Made by a program: the position numbers and the translations under genes | Source of the DNA: Hyaloraphidium curvatum SAG 235-1 | Lineage: Eukaryota; Fungi; Monoblepharomycota | Length of the DNA: 64,000 nucleotides | Assembly (NCBI GenBank): GCA_025558095.1 | Contig: JAIVFI010000001.1 | Location: forward strand, 124,001 to 188,000 | Reading direction: 5' to 3' | In this document: one piece after another, positions 36,415-47,758 of the stretch | How positions within the stretch are numbered: the first letter of the stretch is position 1 | How the letters are laid out: each line of letters begins with the position of its first letter | The notes under the pieces: generated by a model | Told to the model about the DNA's origin: nothing | Database searches by the model: none | Seen by the model: only the letters and a program-made list of their open reading frames with translations

Positions 36415-39400
36415 ATGTCGCGCGGGCGGCCGGCGGCGCGACGGGGCCCTCCGCCGGCGCTGCTCCTCGCGCTCATCGGATTCGTCGCCCTCGCGCTCGC
36501 CGCGGACCTATGGCCTCCCGCGCTGCGGACCGCCGACGCGCTGCCCGCCGCGCCGATGCGGAAGGACGCCGCGCTGCCGCGTGCGCGCCCGGCTGCGTTG
36601 CCGCGCATGCTGCCGCGGGCGGCAAAGGGCGCCGCGCACGGAGCAAAGGGCAAGGAGGTCGTCGAGGTAGAGGAGCCCGAGGAAGAGCCCGAGGGCGACG
36701 ATGACAGTGGTGCGGGGGACGACGACGACGGGGCGGGAGACGACGACGGGGCGGGAGACGACGACACCGGGGACGAAGTCCAGGACGCGGTCGAGGAGGA
36801 GGAGGCGCACGCGGACGACCTCGCCTCGAAGCTCGCCAAGCTGCAGGAGGATCTCAAGGACATCGAGGAGGACGCGGACGAGGCCGCGGGAGACGATGAC
36901 GGGGAATCTGGCGAGGGGACCGCAGAGGAGGGAGAGGAAGAGGGCGAGGCAGGTGCGTGAGGGACCGTCTGGACGCTATCTCGGTGCCGGAAAGCTCACG
37001 CCGTGCGCATGCAGAGGAAGAGCCGTCCGACTCCGTGAAGGAACTTGGCGACGATGACGCTGCCACGGACGAATCGTCGGGAGACGCTTCTGAAGGGCAG
37101 TCCGCCGACGATGACGCTTCGGAAGAGGAAGCTGCCGAAGACGAATCCGCGGGAGACGACGACTCCGCGGAGGAAGAAGAACCCGCCGAGGAGGAGGAAG
37201 CCGGGGACGAGGAAGAGCCTGCGGAAGAGCAAGAACCCGCTGAAGGTGCGAGCTCGCAGCGTTGTGCGAGCGCCGAACTCACAATACCACGCCCTTGCAG
37301 AAGCATCCGACGACGACGACGAGGAGGAAAAGGAGCCGGACGAATCCGACCCGACGGCCGCGCTGGCCGCCCTCCTCGGCGTCGGGCCCGACAAGGCCCG
37401 CTCGCTGCTCCGCGGCGGCTCCAGCGGCATGTCCCTCGCCTTGTGCTCCTCAGCCTCGGTGTCCATCAAGGGCCTCACGGGCGAGGAGAAGGGCGCGATC
37501 GCCAGCGCCTGCGCGAGCGTGCGCGGGGACGATAACGAGGTGGACCCGGCGGTGCTCGTGGTGCGGGACGTGGCCGAGCTCGACTCGCTGCCGCCCGATC
37601 TGGCGGAGGCGCTGGGGTGCGTGGCGAGCCCGATAAAGGACCTGGCGCTGGGGGGCAAGAAGGTCATCATCGGGTTCGGGCCGGAAGGGGATGCGGATTC
37701 GGGGGACGGAGGTGACGACGATGCCAGGAGTGGTGACGATGCCGCTGGCGACGATTCCGACTCTGGGGGTGGCGACGATTCGGATGCTGAAGCTGGCGAA
37801 GATTCCGGCGCCAAAGCTGGCGACGGCGCCGATGCCGAAGCTGGGGACGATACCGACGCTGAAGCTGGCGACGATTCCGCTGCGGACGCTGAAGACGATC
37901 CCGACGCCGGCGACGACGATGTCGGGGAGCAGGAAGAAGCTGGCGGGGACGACGAGGAACGGAAAGTGCGCCCCCGCCGGCGACGCAGCAACCGATCCGG
38001 AATCAGCGGGCATCCGCGCCGCCTCATGACATTGGACAGGGACTCCAAGCGGCACTCGCTGGGCAGGCGGCTGGGCAAGGGGCTGCAGAAGAAGATGCAG
38101 CAGATCTCGCAGAACCAAGTCGAGCGGATCATCTCGTCGCCTGCTGTCCCCCCCTCGACGCCGCCCGGCATCGTCGGCAACGGCTTCCTCGCACCCAAGA
38201 TCAACATCTGGAACCCCAAGTCGCTGCTGTCGCCCGAAATCGCGGCCGTGCAGGACTATGCCCGCCAGGTCACGGAATGGGCCGACACGCCGCGGACCTA
38301 CCAGTGCCCGCCCAGCACCTTTGCCTACGGCGACGTTGGCACCGGCGGCTTCTGCTGCTCCGTCGCGTTGCAGGGTAACACCTGCCCGGGGGCCAGCTGC
38401 GCCTTCCCCAAGACCCCTCGCAAGCCCGGCGCCACGTTCAACTACTGCACCGGCGGCTCGCAGATCCCGTGCGCGGCCATGGGGCAGTACGCATTTGGCG
38501 ACGTCCTCGGGGGCTACTGCTGCAAGGGAAGAGTGTCGTCGAACGGCATGGAGTGCAAGGGCGACGTGTGTGCCATACCTGGGGTGGGTGGTGCCCCTTG
38601 CTTTCCGCATCCCGTTCCTGACATCCGTCGCAGAACACGCGCAAAGGGCTCGCGGGGGACTTCCCGACATGTCCGAGTGCTGCGTCGCAGGGATCATTGA
38701 GCGACGCTTTCGGAAGTACGGCACCGTCAAAGATGCCGCCCAGCGACGGCAGCTTCGGGCCAGTCGACGTGCGGAAGCTGCGCAACTTCGTCTGCCCGGG
38801 GGGAACGACGCCATGTGAGCTCGCTGGCGCCCATTGCCGCACGTTCCCTGACTTCCGTCCATCCAGATGGCGACGACAAGGAAGCCTTCTGCTGCAACGG
38901 CAAAGTCACCAACGGCAAGTGCAGCGGTGACTCGTGCGCGTTTCCTAGGGTGAGTATTGCCCTTCCCTCTTGAACCCAGATTTGACCGGCCACCTAGAAC
39001 CCGAGCGCCAAAGATTCGGACCTCTGCAAGGGTGGCAGTCGGTTCTCGTGCCAGCTGGGCTCCGTTCCCTTCGGCGACGAACAAGGCGGTTTCTGCTGTC
39101 CGACTGGCCTTGTCAAGGGCAAATGCCAGGGCACCACGTGCGCCTTCCCCACGAACCCGGCACCGAACGGCCTCGCGATCTGCAAGGGCACGGCGTCGCG
39201 CGACCTCTCCGCTTCCGACGGGCAGACCATCGTCGACCAGCCGGGCAAGATCGGGCCCGACGCCGCAACGCCCGACAAGGTGGCGGCCGCAATGGCGCCG
39301 GTCGAGCGCGGCGAGATCCAGCTCTCTTGCTCGGCCAAGAGCTCCCGCCGTTTCGCACTCCGCGTTCCGGGGATGGACCTGTCGTTCAAGGTGGCCGGGC

Positions 39401-42400
39401 CGCTGGTCAAGATCGTGCTTGGGGACACGGCCTTCATCCTGCCCGACGTGTTTGGATACCTTCCGGACATCGCCAAGCTGAGTTCGGTGTCGTTTGACAT
39501 GGCGGACGCGACGACGGTCGAGAGCGCGCGCGTCGTCATGAGCGTCACGGACCTCAAGCTCGCGGACGAGTTCGGGCTCGTCAACATCACGGCCACCGCC
39601 GCCTACACCGGGGGCTTGGCGTCGTTCGAGCTCGGGGGCGCCGCGCAGCTGCCGCTGTTCAAAAAGGGGATATCCTTCGCCCTTCCGCTGATTGGAGCGA
39701 CGGACGTCATACCGCTGAAGCTATCGGCTGCGTCGGAACCCATCACCGTGCGATCGATGCTGTCCGCCGTCAAGCTGGACTCGGTGGTGGACACCCTGCC
39801 CCCGATCCCCGTACTTTCGTCGGGTCTGGCCGCGCTGCTCGCCGTGCAGATCAAGGACATCATCTTCACCTTCTGCATGCCGGGCGGGTCGGGGTGCACA
39901 ACGCGGCTGACGTTGCGGGCCCTCATACCCGACGCCGACAAGCTCTTCAAGAGCGACGTCATCCCCCTAAAGCTGGAAAGCGCGACGATCATGGTCTCGA
40001 TTGCGAACCCCTTCAAGGCCGATCGGCGGTTGGACGTCAAGCTCCAGGGGCAGTGGACTGTTGGGGGCGCGCCGCTGACCACGACGATCGTGCGCTCGCC
40101 GACGGGAGGCTCGGATATGATTTCCTTCGACGAGTACGGTCGGCGTACTATGCACCTTGTCCCGCGGGACTGGGAGGGCTTCGGACCGTCCGTGGACCCG
40201 GACGACGCCGCGGACGAGGATTCGGAGGACCAATCCTTCCTCGACTTCCCTCCCCACGAGCCGGACATGTCGACCTGGGTCTCTTACCCGTCGATCTCGG
40301 ACGACCACCCCTTCTCCTTCTATGGCCTCCCGCTCGCGCACCTCAATCACCACATGTACCAAGGACACCTCCGGAAGCGGGGCCTCAACGAGACGGCGTA
40401 CTTGGCGGAGCGTTCTCCGATGCGGCTGGCCAAGCGTGGCGCGAAACGTCCAGCGCAGGCGAAGCAAGCTCCAAGCTCTTCGGCGGCGTCCGCCAGTCCA
40501 GCAACGTCGAAGCCGATACGCGCGCCGCCCGGATCGGCCGGCAAGTGGATCATCACCGCCCGAGCAGAGAGTCTGGAGCTGGGCAAGCTGCTTGCCGGTA
40601 TTGCAGCCGACATTTTCCCATCCGGTGGGCTCTGTTTTCTACAAGGCTTCAACGGGAACCCCTAACTCGCTCCCCAGGACCGGTCGCGCCACTCATCGAG
40701 AGCACGGGCTTGAAGAATTTCCAGATCAACGATTTCTATCTCGCTGTGGTGATTGGTGGCGGCGACGCCATTATCCGTGTCGGAGGCGAGGCCTCGTTCA
40801 TGCCCGGCGCCAAGGTCCAGATTATTGCCGGCAGGCAGAACGGCGGGGCTTTTGGCGGCTCGCTTGCGCTCGCCATTCGAGGCGATGCCTTCACGACGCT
40901 TCTATCCAAGATGATTCCGAGTTTCCAGATGCCGGGCGGAGTGAACCTCGTCGCGTCTGGGATGTCGGTGAGTGATCTCAAGGGGATTGATCCCAGTCCA
41001 ATCCTGAGCTGCCGCCGTGCCCAGATGGGGCTGCTCGTGTCGTCCAACAACGTTAACCTGGTCGGGACCCCTTTGGCACTCGACCCGCCCCTCGACTACC
41101 TCCCCGAGCTCAAGCGGGGCCTGACCATGAACGTTCGCATGGGTCTGCCGCCCGACTGCGCCGGGTCCAACTTTTGCGACGTCTTGAAGAAGCTTCTCGG
41201 GCCTAACGCCGGCCTGCAGATCAACGCGGTCATAAACCCGCCGGACATCTCGTTTTCGGCCGCGGTCTCCGACATCCAGATCACGAACGGCCTGCTCCTC
41301 AAGGCCGTCGGATTCTCGGCCTCCTTCCCGTCGATGGCAATCATGCTGTTCGGCTCACTGCAGATTGCTGTCGATTCGAAGCAGCCGCCACTTCTGCTTG
41401 AGGCCCATATCGGCATCAAGGGCGCCAGTGTGCAGCTGGGCGCGACTATGAAGGGCATCTGGCAGGGCGCCTTTGGTTGGGACCGGCTCAACGTGGGCAA
41501 CATCGTTGTCGAGATTGGCATCACAGCCGCGCTGGGCGCCCCTTCCATCCTGATCGGGGGCGAAATCGGCATCGGCAAGAACTGCTACACGCCGACCGGG
41601 CAGTTTGACCTCAACTCGCTGTGCATTGGCGGTGCTGCCTACGTCTCGGTGAATCCCGTGGACCCGAAGAGCAACTGGTTGGTAGCGCGTTTGCCGCTGT
41701 GCAGCTCATGCCAAAGTTCCTGTCCAGGTTCGCCGCTGAAGTCAACAACCTCGACATCAAGCACATCATCTCCGCCTTCACCGACACAAACCCCGATCCA
41801 AACAAGATCCCCCAACCCATTCTCAACTCTGGCTTCCCCGGCAAAACCTCCATCTCGTTCTGTCCCCTGGGGGGCTGCGTCGCGCCTAACAGGGAGTTTC
41901 CGATGGGCTTCTGTGGGTGCTCGTGCGTCTGCGCGCGGCGCTTTGGACGCTGACGCCTTCTTCCAACTCAGACCTCAAGGGGACGCTCAACATCCTGGAC
42001 GTCACGGCCAAGTGCGAGATCCAGGTCGATCCCGGCAACGGCTTCAAGATCGAGGCCGAGCTGAGCCCGATCAACCTCGCGGGCGGCCTGATCCAGGCTT
42101 TCTACAGCAGGAGCGACCAGTCGCGCGGGCCCTACTTCCTTGTCAACATACAGTACGCCCAAATCACGGATATGAAGATCGAGCTCCACTGCTACATCAA
42201 GGTCCTCGTTTTCGAGATTAACGCGCAAATCTCCATCACCCCAACGAATTGGGTCATCGGTTCGTCGCGCTGAGGCTCGCCTCGAATGGCCCACCGACGA
42301 CACCTCTCCGCAGACTTCACCAACAAATACTTCATCTTCGACGCGAACTTCAAGTTCAGCGCGAGCATCGGTGCCCGATCACGTGAGTTGGAACACACGA

Positions 42401-45037
42401 CCGGCATTCGCTTCAGCTCAAGCTCGTTCTTTGCAACGCGGCAGAGTTCTCGGTCTACGTTGAGTTCAGTATGACATCGTTCAGCCAGTTCGTCGAGAAG
42501 ATCGTCCAGCAACTCTCCGCCTGGTGCGAGGAAGGCGCCAAGACGCTGAGCAACGCGGAAAGCGATGTCGCGGCCAAGCGACGGGACGTGGAGGAGAAGA
42601 AGAAGAGCGCCTGCGATTGGATGACCAAGTGCGCAGAGGTACATACCTGTCCCGTGCTTCCCTGCGTCCCGGCTCATCTTCTCGTGCAGGCCGCGGAGAA
42701 TGTCAAATGCGGCAGACGGCGCACCCGCCTCCTCGCCCGGTCCGATGCCTGGGAAGAAGCCTTCTACGAAGGCGCCAGCATCGCGCCCTCGGACAACAAC
42801 GTCCTTCACGCTCTTGCTCGACTGTTCCGGAGGTGGAGCGCTGCCGGAGATTGGCTGAATGACAACATCGCCAAGCCCATCGACAAGGCCGTGATCCAGC
42901 CCGTGAAAGAGGCCGTCGTGAGCACGTTCGACAAGATCAAGAACGGTGTCTGCAAAGGCTGGAACTACGTGTCGGGCAAGGTCATCAACGGTGCCTGCCA
43001 AACGGGGTGCACGGTCGCTCAGGGTGCCCTCGATCTCGCCGTGGTTGCCATGAAGGGAGCCGAAGGAGGTTCGTTCTGCTGCGTGCCCCCGATTCTTTTG
43101 CCGTGGACGCTGACCGCTGCACGTCGTCAGTCCTCAATGGCCTTTCGCAGGTTACCCGTGCCGCGGGCAAGCTCTTCCAGATGCTCGGCAACGCGATGAA
43201 GAACATGATCCGGATCGACAGGGTAGGGGTAGGCGCGTCGCTGGACGTCAACTTCAAGAACGGATTCCTCGGCGGGTCGGTGCGGTTGGTGTTCGAGGGC
43301 GTCATCTTTGGCAACTCGATCAACGTCGACTTCACCATGAACTTCAACGGTGAGTTCCCTTCAGGTCGGCCGACGGCGCCCATCTGACTTCTCCTCTTCC
43401 AGACCTCCTCCAATCCGCCATCGACTTTTTCAAGCAGCAGGTGCAGCAGCGCGCCGTCAACCACGCCAAGCTGATGCGCCTCGCCGAGCGCGGGCTCGAC
43501 GACCTCGAGTTCTTCCCCACGGGCCACTTCCGCTTCAAGAAGCGGGACCTGCTCGACACGTACGACACCATCCTCTACGACTCGCGGCACATGACGCCCG
43601 AAGAGGGCATCGAGCTGCACCTCGAGCAGCGCCGGCGGAAGCGCCTGCTCAAGCGGAAGCTGGCCGAGCCGGACGTCGAGGACGAGGCGGACGTGGCCGA
43701 CGAGCCGTCGAAGCCGTTGGAGCCGAGGAGCAAGCCGGCCGGGTCGGACCCCCTCGACCCGGGCGCCAACGCCGGCCAGAAGATCTCGGCCACCGCGCTG
43801 CCCGTCGTGCCCGCGCTGGTTCCCGGGTACGACCCCGGCGCGCCGCCGGGCATGCCCGAGGGCGAGGACAACGACTTCAGGATCAAGTTCGGGAACGACC
43901 TTTACCTCAGCTGCGACACCACGGTCGGCGCCTTCTCGCGCCAGGGACGGCCGTGCAGGCTGAAGAGCAAGGTCAGCTCGACGATGTTCATGGTGGGTGG
44001 TTGCCGCCGGATTCGGTTCAGCTCGCCTCGCTGACGTGCCCGGATCAAAGTCCTGGAACGAGCCAAAAGGCCAGTCGTTCCGCGTCAACGGCAACCTGTG
44101 CCTGTCGGTCAACGCCAAATCCTCTATCGTCCTTTCGCCTTGCCTGCAGGACGTGCAGAACGGCATCTGGACGTACAACAACCGCACCGGCCAGCTCTCG
44201 GCCCAGAACGCCGGCGTCGCCGTTGCCACAGGCTTCGACGCGCCGGTCACCCTTGAGGACGTAGTGATGGCTTCCACTGCCAGCGACGGCAAGTGCATGA
44301 CGGCGACCAAAAAGGGCAAGCTGCGGGTGACGGCGTGCGTGCCCGAGGACGGCAAGCGCGCGGACCTCAAGGTGCAGAGCTTCCAGCCGCGGATCAACGC
44401 CGAGTCGATCAACCTGGACGACCTGGTCACGTTCCACTCGACGGGGATGCCGCAGAAGGCCTACCTGACCACGGACAAGGACGGGACGGTGGTGCTGGCG
44501 CGCGGCGACATCCCCGAGCAGCAGAAGGACAAGTCGGCCGCCTTCAGGGTGCTCAAGCCAATCTGCGGGGCCAACTACCACTTCACCCTCGAGTCGGTCG
44601 AGAAGCCGGGCTACTACCTTTCCCTGAGCCCCGACGACCCAAGCGAGCTCGTGATTACGGACAAGCCCAAGCGCAAGTCGGACGCGTGCTGGCTCCCCAC
44701 GCCGGGATTGGCCAGGCCGGCGTTCGGGTCGGGGTGCCCTGGGATCACCTTTGCCCTGCGATCGGGCACGCGCAAGTCGGCCTTTGTGCGCGTGAACCAG
44801 GACGGCACGGACATCTACGTCGGCGCCGAGACCGATCGGATGCTGCTCTCGTGCTGGCGGCCGGTGCCGCCCGAGGGGGCGCCCAGCGCGGCGGAGATGG
44901 CCGGCCCCGGTTCGGACGAGGACGGAGGGGGGCCGGCGTCGCGGGATGTGGACATCGAGGGCGGGGCGGCGGACGACGGGGACGATGACGACGGGGCGGC
45001 GGGGGAGTTTTGGAACGGGGTGGAGGGCGGGGCGTGA
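36415..45037 (+). CDS. Giant secreted multidomain protein, paralog D (~15 introns; Asp-rich linkers)
   Basis: ATG 36415 (MSRGRPAARRGPPPALLLALIGFVALALAA). Exons collinear with C. TGA at 45035-45037. Confidence 0.9.
37705..37925 (+). repeat. Coding ~24-bp repeat (GDDSDAEA-like) specific to paralog D
   Basis: Repeated GCTGGCGACGATTCCG-like units encoding DAEAGEDS/DAEAGDDT/DAEAGDDS. Confidence 0.75.
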
Positions 45038-45223
45038 TTTTTTGAATGCTCGGGCAAGGTTGAAGGGTTTCGCATCTGAATATTGTTGTTCTTTGTCGGC
45101 TGGAGCGTGGCACGTATGTAGTGTGGGAGAAAGAGATGGAAGAGTGAGATCACCTGCTTGTTGCCGATTCTATCTCATCCACAAGGCCAATCGCCATCTA
45201 CAAGGCCAAGTCACCCCAATCCA

Positions 45224-46279
45224 TCAGCTCGGTGGCGTCCCGCCTCCGCCCAAAAGTTTGCCCAGCCCGCGCATCATCTTCCCCTTTGACGGGCTCCCGA
45301 CCACCGCCTCCCCCGACGACGCCGCGCCCACCGTCTTGTTCAGGCTCGCCAGCGGCACCGGCGCCGTCCTCGTCCGCGGCAGCGTCTGCGTGGTCCTGCC
45401 GCCTGCCGCAGCGGGCCGATCCAGGGCTTCCCACCCGGCCTCCGCGACCGCGTCCATCTTGCCGCACCACGAGTGCAGGTTCCGGACGAACATGCCGTTG
45501 GGCTTGATGCCCTCCCTCCTGTCGTGCAACCAGTCCAGCACCGCGTTCGGGCCGCACCCGGCCCCGAGCTCGCCGTCCGTCAGCGCGCGCAAAAGGGCCG
45601 GGCGCAGGCGGGAGAGGTGCACGAGGTGCGCGGCGACCATGGTCGGGGAGCGGGAGCGGCCGAGGGCGCAGTGCACGAGCACGACCGGGGGCCGCGCGGG
45701 GCGCGAGGCGGAAGGCTGGTGCAGCGGGGGGAGGGAGGCCGAGAGCGCGGAGGAGGGGGAGGCGGAGAGGGGGGAGGGGGGGAAGGGCGGGGGGGACGGG
45801 GTGCCGGGGATTGGCGGGGTGGCGGGCAGGGACGGGGCGGGCGAGGGCGGCGAGCCGAGGGCCGAGTAGCGCGGCTCGAGGGCGGCCTCGATCCACTCCG
45901 AGCCGGCGCGCATGAAGCCCGACATGCTCCACAGCGCGTTGTCCAGGGCCGGGATGCGCAGGTGCTGGATGCGCAGCGGCGGGTACAGGTCGTCTGCCTT
46001 GACGTACAGATCGCCGGCGACGGTGAGCACGTGCGTGACGCCCTCGCGCAGCAGGAAGTCGCGCGAGTTTGCGGCGTCGAGCGTGCCGAGCAGCAGGCCC
46101 GGGAAGACCTCCGAGGCGATGTGCTGCGCGGTCGGGCCGGTGGGCGGTGCGGGCGTCGGCGAGGCGGGGGGCGACTCTCCCCGCGGAGACGCGGCCAGCG
46201 GCGAGGGCTGCTTGTCCGCCGGGCGGTCCGCCGAGAGCGTCAGCCGCGCCAGTGACAGCAGGCTGCGCGTGCGCTTCAT
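45224..46279 (-). CDS. Dual-specificity protein phosphatase (DSPc) with Pro-rich insert
   Basis: SEVFPGLLLG, GVTHVLTV, catalytic VLVHCALGRSRS (HCX5R) and IKPNGMFVRNL. Start inferred at MKRTRS. Confidence 0.92.
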   Translation of the reverse strand: MKRTRSLLSLARLTLSADRPADKQPSPLAASPRGESPPASPTPAPPTGPTAQHIASEVFPGLLLGTLDAANSRDFLLREGVTHVLTVAGDLYVKADDLYPPLRIQHLRIPALDNALWSMSGFMRAGSEWIEAALEPRYSALGSPPSPAPSLPATPPIPGTPSPPPFPPSPLSASPSSALSASLPPLHQPSASRPARPPVVLVHCALGRSRSPTMVAAHLVHLSRLRPALLRALTDGELGAGCGPNAVLDWLHDRREGIKPNGMFVRNLHSWCGKMDAVAEAGWEALDRPAAAGGRTTQTLPRTRTAPVPLASLNKTVGAASSGEAVVGSPSKGKMMRGLGKLLGGGGTPPS

Positions 46280-46552
46280 GTTGTCCTTTCCGGCGAGCGA
46301 CGACGGCAGCGACTGCGGGACGGGCGCCGCGGGGGACGAGGAGAGCGGCGAAGGTCGCGCCGGGGACCGTGCGCGCGTGCCGTGCCGACGGGGAGCTCGA
46401 CAGTGGCACGGCCGCCGACGCCGTAAACGACGCCATTGTGCGTGCAGCGGGGTTCGGGTTGATAAGCGAGCTCCGAGATTGGCGCTGTGGCGGAACCGCC
46501 CGTCAACCCCGCCGGCCGCGTCATGGTCACCTCGACACACTCCTGCCCGGCC

Positions 46553-47636
46553 GCGCACGACCAACAAGGATGCTGGATGCTACATCTGTCGAATGGAGTC
46601 GCCCAGAGCCGCGATTCCCGCCGCAATGACGGGCGGCCGGCGTGTTTACCGTCGCGTTTCGGGCATCGGACCGCCCCGGCGCCCGATCGGGGCACCTTTC
46701 GACGACATCCGCGTCACAAGAGAGTAGATTCATCAATCAACGTGGGTCAGCCGGCCCCTTCGGTCGCGCGATCCGGTGATGATGTGGCGGTCGATCTGGG
46801 TTGGTCACGTGATGTGCCTAGCGGGAGCACGCGGTGGCCGCCAGCTACCCCTCCCGCCTAAAACCGCTGCCTATCCCCCGCTAAGACCGGCCGCTAATAA
46901 CGGCGCCGCTAACCGCCGGGCCTTCCGCCGCACTCGCGGCGCCGACAACGCGCCGGCGCGGGGCGGGCGAGGGTTCCTGCCCGCCGCCCTCCCCCCGCGC
47001 GCCCGACCCGCTCGCACCCGCTGCCCCGCGCACCGCCGCCCTCCCTGCCCCGCCTGGGACCCGCGTCCCCCTAGCCGGCGGCCCACCCGACGCGGCGCAC
47101 GACCAACAAGGATGCTGGATGCTACATCTGTCGAATGGAGTCGCCCAGAGCCGCGATTCCCGCCGCAATGACGGGCGGCCGGCGTGTTTACCGTCGCGTT
47201 TCGGGCATCGGACCGCCCCGGCGCCCGATCGGGGCACCTTTCGACGACATCCGCGTCACAAGAGAGTAGATTCATCAATCAACGTGGGTCAGCCGGCCCC
47301 TTCGGTCGCGCGATCCGGTGATGATGTGGCGGTCGATCTGGGTTGGTCACGTGATGTGCCTAGCGGGAGCACGCGGTGGCCGCCAGCTACCCCTCCCGCC
47401 TAAAACCGCTGCCTATCCCCCGCTAAGACCGGCCGCTAATAACGGCGCCGCTAACCGCCGGGCCTTCCGCCGCACTCGCGGCGCCGACAACGCGCCGGCG
47501 CGGGGCGGGCGAGGGTTCCTGCCCGCCGCCCTCCCCCCGCGCGCCCGACCCGCTCGCACCCGCTGCCCCGCGCACCGCCGCCCTCCCTGCCCCGCCTGGG
47601 ACCCGCGTCCCCCTAGCCGGCGGCCCACCCGACGCG
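46553..47636. repeat. Exact direct tandem duplication, 2 x 542 bp (46553-47094 and 47095-47636)
   Basis: Constant 542-nt offset with no differences seen by eye. Lies between divergently transcribed genes. Confidence 0.95.
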
Positions 47637-47758
47637 GAGGGCACTAGGGCACTCGGAGGAGAAGGCATCCGGCGCCTGGGACTGCCACCCGCGGGTTAAG
47701 CCCATCGCCGGCACCCAGTCACCCTTCCCCCCTCCCCCTCCCCCTCCCGGTCGGCGGG

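Noticed and set aside
325-45000. Many long antisense or alternative-frame ORFs (e.g. 13303-15495 +, 14216-16441 -, 37450-39084 -)
   Set aside because: Shadow ORFs of GC3-rich coding exons; Arg/Pro/Ala-rich with no motifs.
1-45037. Transposon or endogenous-virus origin of the large repeats
   Set aside because: No transposase, RT, integrase or capsid motifs and no TIR/LTR/TSD seen; the repeats are intron-rich cellular genes.
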